Source: Lytechinus pictus
Taxonomy: Eukaryota
DNA: 64,000 nucleotides
NCBI RefSeq assembly: GCF_037042905.1
Contig: NC_087246.1
Span: forward strand, 28,272,001-28,336,000
Direction: 5' to 3'
Part shown: in pieces, positions 36,011 through 49,702 of the stretch
Layout of the letters: each line of letters opens with the position of its first letter
How positions within the stretch are numbered: position 1 is the first letter of the stretch
Notes under the pieces: generated by a model
What the model saw: the letters and a program-made list of their open reading frames with translations, nothing else
The model's database searches: none
What the model was told of the DNA's origin: nothing
Position numbers and translations under genes: made by a program

Positions 36011-37007
36011 GCCGTGGAGTGCACACACACGTCGGAACTAATCTAGAAACCCAATCCTATTTGTATCGCAGACTTAGTCGAAAAGCCACCAGCTTCTGCC
36101 TCTCCAATTGATTTAATTTCATCCTCGACACACCGTCACTGGCACTGGCCAGCAGTAACGGCAGCTTGCATTTCTTATAACTTTTACAACGCAAAAGCTT
36201 CACCGTTTTTCATTAGTTCAGAATCAAGTTTTGATTGCATATCACTTCATTCACTCTCCCAGAGACTAAGAGGTCATTTTGTCTTCCGAATTGGAGGTCT
36301 GGGTTTTAGATTGAAAGGAGAAAAGTCATGTTTTGAGCCATAAGGATGCCCAACGGTGGGCGTTATACTTGATACTTGTACTTGGACCAGCAACAAACAA
36401 CGAGGACAGAGTATGCCACACCATCCTCCCTTCCTCATGTTGTAAAATCGTTCGATTGAGGTAAACAAACACCAATCAATCACCGTCTGAGGTGTCTACA
36501 GGGACTATCTGAACGAAAGTGAAAGTGTTGTCAATCCATTCATAAGGTGTCAAGTACCAATGTCTTAATTGCATTTTGCGGCCCAATTATCTGTTCCCTG
36601 GATCATCGATATCATCGTTGTTTTATGTGTTCAGAAACACGACGACACGGTTGAATACGTCACTAGATAAATACATTTCAGATGGATTATTCATAGCTGC
36701 CATCAGATCTATCAAGCATTCTGGAATCAGATGTAATCATTTGTGGAAGCTCTTCTATGCTTCCTTGGCCAGAGAAAGGTCAGTTTATTTCCAAATAGTG
36801 GAAGCGATTTAGAGGTGTCACTTTGGAGAAGCATCACTTGTTTGTTTATCAGGGTATTGCATCTGAAACCGTAAACAATTTGAAGCATCAACCAACCCTT
36901 TGGACTCCACAAGAATGTTTTAAGCTAGTCGCTCGGACATATGGGCACCATCCTTCCGTTCATACCTTTCTTGATCTTGTGAACTTTCCTTGGATTTTTA
37001 TACTCGG

Positions 37008-37049
37008 ATGACTCGTATTTCACCCCAGTTGGAAGGCGGAAATACGCAG
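37008..37049 (+). CDS. Candidate first coding exon B (MTRISPQLEGGNTQ, phase 0)
   Basis: Perfect donor CAG|GTAAGT at 37049/37050; the only nearby ATG frame that reaches it. Confidence 0.35.
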
Positions 37050-37993
37050 GTAAGTTTTTTTTTTCTGTCACGTCACTTGATATTATGTGTACGTTGAAAT
37101 TGTTGAATGTAAAACTAAAAGGATGTACGAACTTGTAGTTATGATTTTTTTTGTTGCCTATTTTGAATAACCATAAAGCAAAAGCGATCGATAGAAAGTG
37201 TACCCAGACCTAATCTTATATACCCAATACATGTTAGGCAAACATATGAATTATCAATGCTCAGAGAAAGTGTTGAGGTGATACGACCTCTTATTTAGTC
37301 AATCCTCTGAACTGAGAATTAATTGTTCTGGCTCTATGAACTTGGCAAGACTTATTTATCTACATTTTGCAACTGTTCACCCAGGTGAAATTGATATTGG
37401 TCTAGGGGCCACATCACCCTGCTCGTGGTGAAACTTGATCTTAGTAATTACTTCAGAAATGAACCAAGTTGGTCCATAAAGCCGTGATCACTGCAAGGAA
37501 TTAATCTTTAGTATCAGGTCCACTTTTCACTTCATTTTAAACCAAATAACCTTTACACAATTTGCTCCTTTATAATTGAACATCTTGAATACGAAACGCA
37601 GTTTCCTACTGTGCTCCCGGCTATATCTTTGGTTAAACGTTACAATTCTAGTTCGTAAAAATCCACTGGATGTCTGGAGGTCATGAATACATACGCCCTA
37701 ATTAACAATCCAGTAAGGCTATTGGTCAACTTTGGTGAGAGAAGTTCGAGGACTAAACCGTAAAAAAAAAATTGTGAATAACTTATGGGCCAGCATTTAA
37801 GCGGCGGATTGATCCAGATCATATCGTATCATGGAGATATAGGAAAGCTTATACAGAAAGAGTTGTGGTTTTAGAGGTCATGTGTCTGAGCTGTTGCTCA
37901 CAATCTACAGATGAAAATTGTCCTCAAAATTGTCGTTTAGCAAGAAATCAACCCGGGACAATTATGGATCCGTGTCTGCTAAAAACCTGTAGA

Positions 37994-38146
37994 TCTAGGT
38001 CTCGTTTCATAAAGACTTGTTACAATAACAGATGCACAATTTCTATAACAAATTTACTATCAGCCAATCAAATTGAATGCTTTCAGTAGCTTTAAACTGC
38101 TATTGCAAATTTGTTATTACAGGAAGTTTTACGAAACGAGCCACTG
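37994..38146 (+). mobile_element. Diverged Harbinger-like MITE with CCAAT core
   Basis: CTAGGTCTCGTTTCATAAAGAC ... GTTTTACGAAACGAGCCACTG; CAGCCAATCA inside. Confidence 0.7.
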
Positions 38147-38369
38147 ATGGCTTGGATGAGCATACAAGATCAACTCATCTGCACTGACACCGCGCATGGG
38201 TATATAAAGCGCCACAGATTATCAGGGCTGTTGGTGGGTTTTATGCTAATTTTAGGATGGGAAGCTGTGTCAAGTTCTGTGTATAATCCTTGGTTGTAGA
38301 GGAGAATTCGTAAAAAGTTCCAAGCAACATGGCAACTCTCAGAATTGGGGCTTCTGACATGGGAATAAA

Positions 38370-38468
38370 ATGAGACGACATAGAGCACTTCTGTGGCTCC
38401 TTACACGCGTTCTAGAAGCAATATCAAACGCAAGTAATGTATACTGTATACGTCTGATTTGGCCTCAG
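38370..38468 (+). CDS. Candidate first coding exon C (MRRHRALLWLLTRVLEAISNASNVYCIRLIWPQ, phase 0)
   Basis: TATATAAAG at 38201 upstream; 33 codons open to CAG|GTAAAT. Confidence 0.3.
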
Positions 38469-39311
38469 GTAAATGCAGGCTCTGTTCCCTTAAAGTCACC
38501 TTCAGTACAGTGGTCCATAGACAAGAAAGTAAGCACTTGACAAGAGAAAACCGACAGTATCGTGTTTGAGGATACCCGCGAAGATGTTCTGCATAACCAC
38601 ATGCGGTTGAATTAGAAGGAAGGGTATTACCTGACTGATTGGACAGACACCACGATTAGAATACAGGTGGACTGGGAATATCAGGATATATTCCTACGAA
38701 ATCTCCCCGTGCTCTCCCTCTCATTTTCGTTTCTCCGTCTTTTCTCCACCCTGTCTTTTTATATCCATCCTATCCCTTATTACTTTGAATGCGCTCGACA
38801 GGTTATTAGCAAAGCTATACTTTATTTGCCACCCGATCTCGAAAAAGGAACCATGATTGAAAATACAAAGGAAACCTCACTGAGCTTATCCATTACAATA
38901 AAAACAAGTAACATAAGTCACGAGGATAAAGGGAATTCACTTCTTACAAGAAGAAAACAAAAAACGCATTTAAAACCTTAATATTTGTCGCACCTCAGCC
39001 ATTTCTCTGATTTTGATGATTATCCTATAATAAATGACCTAAAATGATATCTGACTTAAATTGCATGCGGGAGTCCTGGTTAAATGAGCTTCTATGGTTC
39101 TTTTTGAAATCGAAACACAACCACACACTGGACAGGTGATTATACTTCTCCTCAAAGATAAAGTGTCCTTAGAGTGTCTTCAGAATAATAATTAGTTTCT
39201 ACCATTTGAAAGCGAACTGTTTAGCAAACATATTAGCTGGCTACCTAACGGGGAAACATCAGAGTCCATTAGAGTAGCTGATTAACAAGTAAATACCCCT
39301 GTCGGCAAACG

Positions 39312-39460
39312 TGGGAAGCGTTTTATGAAGGGACTTTTTTAGATGTTTTATCCGACGAAGTCTGCTATATCCGACAGTTACCACAGCAACAGAAAGACAC
39401 GTGTGCTACCGAGCCAATCAAGATAAAGGAAAGTTGTCAGACGAAAACATATTGACAGGA
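39312..39460 (+). mobile_element. Degraded copy of the 24714 MITE family
   Basis: GGGAAGCGTTTTATGAAGGGACTT..TTTTATCCGAC..ATCCGACAGTTACCACAGCAAC..AGCCAATCA..AAGGAAAGTTGTCAGA. Confidence 0.7.
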
Positions 39461-40859
39461 ATGACGGCGTAATTATATAAAAGTTTACCCACAGAATAGC
39501 AGAAAAATCCAATAAACATTACATCCCTTACATGGCCTGTGGTCATCCAGAGAGAACACACGTTAGCCGTATGTCGGGCTTAGCTATCACAGCAATTAAC
39601 TGAATCTGTAACGAAATTATAAATCATTCACACTTTTTAATATCCATCGAAAGTTGCCTCACCGTAATCCTGAATGTTCATCGGAAGAGAGTAGTAGGTC
39701 CATGATCAGACGTCTGAACATCAATCAATAGCGTCAACAGAATGAATACTACCTCATCAATCTATCCAATTCCGTATTGGCCATGATGATCTTTTTATTA
39801 AAAATATTAGTCGGGCCTGAGTCGGGAATGGTACATGACATGTCAGTCAACTAAGATTATATATAGATTGTCGACTGTCTCAATTCAATCCAGCTTATAT
39901 CACAGAGCATTTGTCTCCCATTGCCTCTGGTGCAGTAGACGATGGAGACAAGGGGATGACCACTTCAGAATCAATTATTTTTTTACGAGTTGCTCCTGTG
40001 TCTGAGATTCATTTTACCTTAATTCAGTGTCACATTGTCCATTGAAAATAATCCCTTTTCCCGATTTTTTCATCAACCCATTGATTTGCAAATAAATAAC
40101 CATTTTGTCTTATTTTCATAATAAAATGTAGTTTTCAAAGCACTTGAAATGATTTAAGGTTTGATTCCGTTGTATTGCTCTACGCTGCGACAGTAGCATA
40201 GAAGATTGTTTCATCGATACGGTGACATCACAATCTATTATGTAACATCCGTCGGTGTTTTTTTTTTTTTTTTTGGGGGGGGGGGGGTAGTTGAATATCA
40301 GTTGTATTTTGAGCACTTTCTTCTAATTTTATACCTCTACTCTCGAATACTTTTTTCATGCTACACTCACCCCGGCGAAACCGACTCCAGACCAATCAAA
40401 GCTATATATTACCTGACTTATCATTAGTAAACAAAAAATCCGTACTTTTATACTGGTGGTCCACATTATTACCAATTTGAGGAAGTAAGGGTTTCGTTCT
40501 CTGTAGCTTTAGTTGGGCCTTAATCGTATATATATTTTGTTTTAGTTACATGGGATGTGATCAAAAATAGAATTCCTGCATATGATTATAGATACCCATG
40601 ATAAACAGGTTAGTTGCAGCACTGGATAGGAAGGAGTAGCGTATTAAATGGAAACCGCATCTAAACCGGAAGACATGTCAACCCTGATAAACACCACCCT
40701 TGATCAATTGTCATTGGTCTCGGGTCAAAGAGGGAAGGAGGGAAGATTTTATTGGATGCCAGCTAAAACCTTGGAATACAAATTATGGTTAAAAGCGTTG
40801 GAAAATTCACCAGAGGTTCTCATCTAATAACCATACACAGAACTATTATGGAATAAGAG

Positions 40860-40945
40860 AAGTCTAGTGGTTTTATTCGACAGGTGATAGACCCCGCGGA
40901 TAAGGTTCGAATCCCACTGAGGTACTTCACGGTCCTCTGGTAAAA
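40860..40945 (+). mobile_element. Degraded tRNA-SINE head
   Basis: A-box-like AGTCTAGTGG and B box GGTTCGAATCC. Confidence 0.4.
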
Positions 40946-41378
40946 AAAAGACATGCGTTTGCTGATCTTAACGCATTTTTTCCAGGGCCTGTTGCTAGGT
41001 CCCTATTAGAAATCTTGACGCTAATGACTGCGCTATTAGAATGTGCTACCCTTTTATTCTCCACAATGCGTCACATTGCGTCACGTTGCGTTTCATGTTT
41101 TGTGAATTTGTGCATCATTTCGTCTAAGAAACAACTTGTCTCGTGGCCTTTTGCATTGACTGCGTTACGTTTATACGCTACAAAAAAATAAACACTTCCC
41201 CCTAAAATGCCTGTACATGGGTGCTCAAATATTCATTTCAAATGCGAATTCGTGTATGTAGAACGCAATCATAGCGCAATGCCTGGATTTTGTTCTCATG
41301 GTGTTGTTGATGATGATTTTATGTTTATAATGAAAGAATGGGAGGTGTGAAAACCACTTGACTGAAATATCTGGCTTC

Positions 41379-44300
41379 TGTTTACATGTATCCGAGTATG
41401 ACTTGACGACGCATAATGTCGCAATTGCGACATTATGCTTTGATTGTGACATTATGCGTTGGATGAGTTTGGCATAATGTCACAGTCAACGTATAATGTC
41501 GTAGCTTAAATTACTAACGCATAACGTCGCAAGTGTTAACGCATAATGTCGTAGCTTAAATTACTAACGCATAACGTCGCAAGTCTTAACGCATAATGTC
41601 GCAGCGGTATTTTATTCAGGAATCGATTTGCAGATTAATATAAGATATGTTTTCACTTAGTAATTTATTCAAGCTCTGTCATCTGAACGTTTTTGAAAGT
41701 GTGTTTGGTTTGACAAGCGCGAATGCATGGGGGCAGTATTGAATTCATTATGATGAAGAGTGGTCACTTTTTAAAATTTGATATTTTATGTTGTTCATGA
41801 CATTTTAAGAAAGAAATAGTATTTCGTATTGTAACTTGGAACGTACCATATGAAAAATAATTTTAAAGCGATAGGTCCTATGCAAATCTCCCGTGGGGGA
41901 GAGGAGAGCACATTATAAATTAATAACATGTTGGTACGTAGCGGGAGGGGGCAGAATTAATGCCCCCCGGAACAAAAAGTGAAAACCTTCCTTTCTAACA
42001 GAAGAGTTTCACAAACTTCACTGAAATGTGGACAAAATCATTAATATCACTTTAGATTCGTTTTCACATGATTACATCCCCTCCTCACAGAAAATAAATC
42101 TATGTGTGTATTTCTTTAAAAAATAAATAAATAACCGGGCATTACAATGTTTTACACGTGCATTGACAACCTGTTTTCGTTTCTCTTCTAAATAACGAGA
42201 GCCCCCCGAGCAGTGGCGGCAACAGGATTTTAAAACTGGTGGGTGGCAAAGGAAAAGTGATAGAGGGGGACTAAAATTTATTTTGCATGTTTCACAAAAT
42301 GGAGTGTGAAGTGCGACTAGGCCACTGGATCCAACTTTTGGGTCCCCCCTGGAGTCCAGGGTCAGAGCACGCATGTACTTGTTTCTAATACAGTATATAA
42401 AGCGGAATTTCGCCAAAAGGGGGTGGTGCGCAGAATGTTTTCATTCATGTTTCCCCCGATGGGCCGCTAGAAGCCAATTTTTGCTGTTGATGTATAGAGG
42501 GAGCAGTCCCAACTAAAGACATAAGTTTCAAGTGCATTAAATTAGCTTTATTCTTACAAACGAAATAGGCTATCTCACATTGCCTAAATAGATGAGAGCG
42601 CGAAGCGCGAGCTCAACTTTTTTATATTTGATGCATTTAGACCATAGCAATGAACATTTTGATCAGTTTTTGGCAGTATAAGATATGCGAGCGCGAATCG
42701 CGCGCTAAATCTTTTAATATATTGATGGCACATTCCGAGTAACAATACGAAATATGATTTCTTTCTTAAAATGTCATGAACAACAATGAAATATAATAAA
42801 ATTTGTATTTTATTTTCAGCTAGATGACTTCACTCTCCTGCAAAATAAGTTGAATTGCATGTATAGCGATATGCACAGATGAATGGTGATATGCGTATAC
42901 TTCCGTTTCACTAGTCCACACATTACAACTTTTCAAAGTCCACCCCCTTCTCCTGACAACGAATTATATACTGACCCCCTCCCCTGACCCACCAAATACA
43001 CTCTTAAAAACGTTCAGATGACAGAGCTTGCACAAATTAATCGGTGAAAACATATTTTATGTCTTATATTTAACTCGAGTCCTGAAGCGAATACCGCTGC
43101 GACATTAAGCCCCTTTCACAATTGACGTACGACCTGTTTACGACCACCTGCAACAGTTTTTTCTTGTTGTTGCACGATCGATCCCTTGGTGTCTTGCGAG
43201 CACTCGCAGTCGTTGTAGACGATCGCACAAACTCGAGGTGGGCGGAGGTGATCGTGACTGGTCGCATCTGAACTTTGAACATGTTCAAAATCCAAACGCG
43301 ATCAAATACGATTGATTCACTCGCAACAGGTCGTACCATCGGTCGGGCGATCATCGTGTGAGTGTTGTTCAACGTTGTACGACTTGGTGCGAGAGGTGGC
43401 ACAACTAAGTATAGTCGCATTTAGTCGACTGGAGGTCGTACAACACTTGCACATGTGCTGGAGACCTACAGAGACCAGTCTTGCGACTGGGTGCGATAAT
43501 ATGAGACTGTTGCAAGACCGATCGAAATTACGGCTTACTACATTCCACTACCGTTGCATTCGCATGTATGCGACCGTTCAGCCCCTTTCACAATTGACGT
43601 CCGACCAGTTTACGACCGCCTGCAACAGTTTTTTTCTTGTTGTTGCACGATCGATCTCTTGGTGTCTTGCGAGCACTCGCAGTCGTTGTAGACGGTCGCA
43701 CGAACTCGAGGTGGTCGTGACTGGTCACATCTGAACTTTGAACATGTTCAAAATCCGAACGCGATCAAACACGATCGATTCACTCGCATCAGGCCGTACC
43801 CGGGTTCGTACCATCGGTCGGGCGATCATCGTGCGAGTGTTGTTCAACGTTGTACGACTTGGTGCGAGAGGTGGCACAACTAAGTAGTCGCATTTACTTG
43901 ACTGGAGGTCGTGCAACACTTGCACATATGCAAGCGACCTACATGTACAGAGACCTGTCTTGCGACTGGTTGCGATAATAATATGGGCCATAAGACTGTT
44001 GCAAGACCGATCGCAACGGCTTACAACATTGCACTACCGTTTCATTCGCATGTATGCGACCGTTCCACTCGCAATCCCTCGTGCAACACTCGCATGTGAT
44101 CGTACGAGCACAATAAGAGCATATGCGACTTACTCGTGCAACGGGGTTTACTGGTTGTTTTTGTTGTACGACAGCTGTTGCAACTGTGAAAGCCTCTGTG
44201 CGATCTTATGAGATGACTAGCGATTGATGCCTGTTGCAGCCTGTCGCACGACCAAAAGGTCGCAAATGGTCGTACGTCAATTGTGAAAGGGGCTTTATGC

Positions 44301-44474
44301 ATTAAGACTTGCGACGTTATGCGTTGATAGAAAAGCTACGACATTATGCGTTGACTGTGACATAATGCGTTGGACACTCTTGGCATAATGTCGCAATCTG
44401 CGACATTATGCGTTGGTGTGACATTATGCGTTGGTGTGACATTATGCGTTGCTGCGACATTATCGGTTGTAACA
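41379..44474. mobile_element. Foldback element with long imperfect arms, TGT...ACA ends (Ginger-like) and ~18-bp subterminal repeats
   Basis: Right end GCGACATTATCGGTTGTAACA; left end degenerate; TG(C/T)GACATTATGCGTT repeats at both ends; 41590-41710 mirrors 42990-43107 and 41785-41848 mirrors 42725-42790. Confidence 0.75.
43108..44294. mobile_element. PIF/Harbinger non-autonomous element with a duplicated left part
   Basis: Perfect 27-bp TIR AGCCCCTTTCACAATTGACGTACGACC; exact TTA TSD (43105-43107, 44295-44297); 43108-43579 is repeated from 43580. Confidence 0.92.
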
Positions 44475-46228
44475 ATCCCTACCTATGCTAACATATTCTT
44501 AAATGCTCTTCCCAGATTAACAATCTTAAATGAAAGAAGGGCCTTTAAAACGTGGGTGTAGAGTGAACATTCCCATGTACCTCCGAGCTCTAATCCACCA
44601 TGAATATTCTAAATTGTTTAAAATGATAACATGTAATTCATGCTAGAATGAACACTTTGTCGGTTGTCGCTCTGTGAGCTGAATGTGGGACGAAGACACA
44701 GTACTGCCAATATGTGAACTTTGTACTTTGTCGCATTCCGTCTGAATAACAGTGATGAATGTGAGTACATATACATGTGTATAGGTGAAGAATGTATCAG
44801 TATATTTGTGATAAAAGTAATTAAATATTTTGACAGGATTATAATTATATAGAGCACACACTGACACACTGTCAAGATGTCCCGAACCGTTTGATTATGA
44901 AAATAGTGATAAAGGCGTTCATGAATAAATCTCGAGTCATGGTTATAAGTCTCGAGACAAGGTGTGATTCTTGCTCCCTAAAAAATATCGTTTTGGAGGA
45001 TATAGGACAATTCATTTATATTCTGCAATGTTTAAGGCTAATACTCATTTTCTGAATTTATGGACCGTCGATGGAAAAGAACAAATATAACATGAAAATA
45101 CAATAAAATATGAATATGAAATAATTTTGTAGGATAAATTCCTGCTAATACGAAATATTTGACAAGTGTTGAACTTTTATCGTATCTTTATACATAACCA
45201 CACGCTCACCCTCACACACATCCACATACACACACACACGCACACACACACGTTTTTATGAGTCAATGTAATTACCAAAGAATTTAAGTGGTACGAAATT
45301 AGGTCTAAGGTTTTGTTTAATTCAAGGAAGATCGTATATATTTATGATGCCTTAGAACTAGGATTCGTGTTTTCTCTTTCAAAACAATATCTAAAAATGT
45401 CACTTAGTTGGTAATCAACTAGCAGTTATTGCTCGCATAAAAAGTAAAAACCATGGGTTTTCTGGAGGCCAAATGTACATGCACAAATTACGTACCGTTT
45501 GCTCAATTGCGGGGAAAGCGTCGAGGAATTCATGGGATTATATTAATTTGGCCGTGAACTAGAATCAAACCTACTGTGAAATTGGACCTTAGGATATTTG
45601 AGGGAACAACATGTTTATACTGTGAAGGTTTGTACTTTTGACTGTTGGTGACACCGTCGCATTGGTGGCTACAATATTGATCTGAAGTTCAGTTTAATTG
45701 CCACCAGTTTCGAATAAACCTATTGTTCAAAATTTTGAGCAAGGAATCGGGGGATAATAGGCGTACACAAAACAATTCGAGCAGTTGTCTGATTTTAATG
45801 AATACGATGTTCTGTCATATGTGCGACTTATTGGTTCCTCTTTGCAATAGTCCAATTTTGACATGGCATTTCAAGGGGGTGGGGGACAATTTGCTAGAAT
45901 AAAGATAGTAAAGGTTGCGGTGTCGGTCTTATTGTATTCAAAGTGTTGTTGCTTTTAGACCGGAGGTAATATTTTTGTGTTCTATTCTGAAGAGATATGC
46001 CTTCATTTAGATAGATTTTGAGTAAAAATTCGTATGTGTAATTACAACTGCTCACGAATATTTTCACAAATTTTATAATAATTTCAGGGATCGGAGATTT
46101 GTAGCAACCATTGAAACATGTTTAAAATCTACTCCACAATCCATCCTTACGTCTTTTCTTCTCATTTAATTTCCCTCTTTTTATAAAAGTTAATATTTTT
46201 TATAATGAAATATATAATGCGAGACAAT

Positions 46229-46404
46229 GCTGCAGTCACATTTCCCCTACGGCGGCCGTGCGGCGAGTCGAAAACAGCCGTTTTATTCATTTTTATTCTA
46301 AACCACCTTAATCATGTATATTATGTAGCTGGTACAAAGGAAATGTTAAAATGGTTTCATTTCGACTCACCATACGGCCGCTGTAGGGGAAATGTGACTG
46401 CGCC
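46229..46404. mobile_element. MITE with ~45-bp imperfect TIRs (Harbinger/ISL2EU-like)
   Basis: GCAGTCACATTTCCCCTACGGCGGCCGT / ACGGCCGCTGTAGGGGAAATGTGACTGC; AT on both flanks. Confidence 0.85.
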
Positions 46405-47134
46405 ATGAAGAATCATGTTAATAATTAATAATGCGAGCAGCACTGTACTTGCAAATACCCATAATTCAAACGTATTTGTTAAAGTTCATCATTCCACAAT
46501 ATAATGTAATACATACAACTTTGCTGATGAATTGAATCATTTGAGAGTGATGCACGCATCAAGCGACACAATATCAATCGAAACGAGATGAAGTGAATGA
46601 AAGTGACAAATGTTTAACTCCCCATTAAACAGACGAATATTGTTATGACCTTTTATGAAACTCACACCCTACAACATGTCGGAAGCCTGGACATCTGGCT
46701 TGTCTTTCAATTGTTGGTGTTAAAACCATGTAAAATACAAAGAGAAAGCAGGCGATTCATGCCCGTGCCCTCGCACTTGGATCGATAGAAATACCATGTA
46801 TATTAATATTTTAGATTATGAATATTTTATAACTCGGCTGAAAACCACCGAACTGCGAATTTTCCATGAAAGGTGGTTACACAAAATCACACGCACAGGG
46901 ATTACCAATTTATCAATATGTGCACAAGTTGGTACCAATAATGCTTATATCCTAACTTTAGTTTTGATGAATCTCAAAGTAAATGTCACTATTCTAATGC
47001 ATTAGTATATGTGAAGGATATTAAATAATTATGTATTTTATTGGATCGGTTGCAATTTTGAAGAATGCTCTTTATGGATAAGGTGCCCGGAAACGTGCGT
47101 TTCCTTTTTTTTTAAATAGAAGACAAAAAAATAA

Positions 47135-47365
47135 CACGCAAACGCACACACATACACACCCGCTCACCTAAACTCACACCCACTCACACATTCTCCAATG
47201 CACCTAACAGTCCAATCCATTACCATTCTCGAAAATACATACACACGGACACCCATACCCATACCAACGCACCCCACACACACTCTCTCATACACCCTAC
47301 ACGGACACACCCTACAAACGCACATGTAGCCCATCAACACACACAACCACCCACACACACACACA
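47135..47365 (+). repeat. Degenerate CA-rich low-complexity tract
   Basis: Direct reading. Confidence 0.8.
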
Positions 47366-49636
47366 AGTTCGCTCAAAAATACTGAAGAAGAACTTGCGAT
47401 ATTTCATCAGTGTCAGGATAGTGTTGAGTGTTTGTATCCTAAGAAATATATTTGATATTCTTTTTCTTGCATCAGATGAGTTGTAATTCGATCATCTTTT
47501 AAGTTTTAGGATCTGAGTTTTAAACAACTTCTGTAAAGTAGTCGCTGGCAGCCTTGTATAGGTTTGGCATTTGGTCAATTTGTTTACTAACCGCCAAATA
47601 CTTCTGCTTTCAACCTGTCAAACCATATTTGAACAAACCGATTTTAATTCATGGTGATCCAACCATTTAACGATTAGCTTGAAAGCAACGGTGTATTTTT
47701 TTGTTATTTCAATTCACCTGGTGTGTTAAGATCGGGTGAGAAAAGTGACACCATGGCTATACCGGACTTGATTAATTTTGCTCTCAGCAATGCTGCAGCA
47801 CTCTCTTCATTCACATTTTTCTCAAACATTCCCAGGATGCATTAATTCCTTTCTAATACGATTTATAATATAATTGTTTAGAGCATTCCCTCAAAAATGT
47901 ATTCTGTCGTCATCCATTTCATGAAAAACCTTCCGATTTATTGATCTGTTTAGATGTAACCAACTTTAGAAATGAAAGATGTAAATATAGCATTGACACT
48001 TTCTTAGGTTTTGATGATTTTTTTATATTTTTATCTATCCATTTAAGCATATACTTTTTTTCGTACGGGAAATATGCTACATTAAGGTCTTAATTTAAAA
48101 TGCAGTTATTTTTTCAATGATTGCTGTGCGTTCAGCGACTCATTCTATGAGTTCATTATCATCATATGATAATAAAAAATTGACTTCTTTATACCTCCAT
48201 TTCCGATACACAGAATATCGTCTATTTCAATCACCCATACATAACAGCCTAAATCGACAAATTACCGCTTAAAGACACCCAAGATTTTTAGTTAGAAGTT
48301 CCCACCTTTTACTCGTCAAACACCTTCAAAAAGCCCATTTACCACGCTCGCAGGCGTTAATGCACGTTTAATTACCGATCAATTCATTGAGGAGAGCAAT
48401 TCGATACTTACAAATCGATCAATGACCGAATAAATCTCGTCTGCCCATGTAAAGCGGCAGACAGCGTCACAATTTCGTGACGGTGATGTGATGATGTGTC
48501 TTGTGGTGAAAAAACAAATTAAGGGGAAAATAAGAATGTTTGATTCGAATTTCGAACAAATATCCCCATCGACCAGCACGTTTGGCATGTTTAGAATTTT
48601 AAATCAATTATATTTAATGCTTATCTTTATTTGTCCATTATGAAGTGCATTGAAATTCGTTTTGCTCACCCATTATAAAAGTTCATTATACAATATATAT
48701 GCCAACATAATTATAGGAAAAATAAAATATCATTGAAAATATGAAAATAATATAAACACTTCCTATAATAACAATAAAAAGACACATGTTTAAATGAAGA
48801 TAATTTATGAATTTGACTTATTAAGTAAAAATAATCTATTCATTTGTATAGTTGCATTGATAAAAATTGAGAAAAATCCACTTAAAACATGAAATAATCT
48901 AGATGAGTATTCCTTTGATGATATCTTGTATATTGCATCTTTGATATACAAGAAGTTAAGATTTTGATTAGATAAGATTTTCATTAGATAATATCTATTT
49001 TGCCTTCTTCAGGTTTATACGTTGTTCTGCCAAACCTTGATTGCTTCCTATCTTACTTGCCATCTTTACGATATATTGTATTTTATTTCAGTCATCCTTT
49101 CTAGATGCCCCAAATAAAATTGCACAGTTGAAGAGATTTTTCTTCAATAGATTCATTGAAAAGAATTGCTAACAGACTATTCCAGTGTTAAATTCTTAAT
49201 CTAAACATTCAGACGCAAAATCAAATAAAATGTTTCGTTTGGCACCTGTTTCTTGATTGTTTTTGTGTTAGGGGTTGTTGATGATTCTAAGCCTCCTTTT
49301 CGAGAGAATATGTGATTAAGGGAAGCAAAGCTTCGTTACAGAAAAATCGATTATATCACAGGTAATGCCTCCCGTACACTTTTCAATCTTTATTCATCAT
49401 TATTTTTCCATTTTTGAAGAGGATATAACGACACATGTTCTTCTTCAGAGAATTACCTCTTCCATCATATTCAGTTCATCGCTTAGTAATAAGGGCTTAC
49501 GAAGATGAGAAACATTCTCTATCTTACCTTATACAGGAGCGAATGCAAATCGGCATGATTGATCCTGCAGATTTCCCCTTTTTTATATGCTGGTGTGACC
49601 TTAATTCGCGCGTTATATTGAGCTATTCGACAGTGC

Positions 49637-49702
49637 GCAAAATAAGGTATACCCATAGAGTTATATATACGTATTTAACACTATGGGTATACCTTATTTT
49701 GC
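49637..49702. other. 66-nt near-perfect hairpin
   Basis: GCAAAATAAGGTATACCCATAG pairs perfectly over 22 bp with CTATGGGTATACCTTATTTTGC; the stem extends to ~31 bp with 2 mismatches and a 4-nt loop. Confidence 0.85.

Noticed and set aside
41407-44474. 18-bp repeat arrays as CRISPR; ORFs 43070-44561 as genes
   Set aside because: These are subterminal transposon repeats without spacers; the ORFs lie in a GC-richer non-autonomous element, on both strands, with no domain signature.
47500-47810. Minus-strand AAALLRAKLI resembling a Helitron PIF1 helicase segment
   Set aside because: No following DE motif and the frames are interrupted; unsupported.
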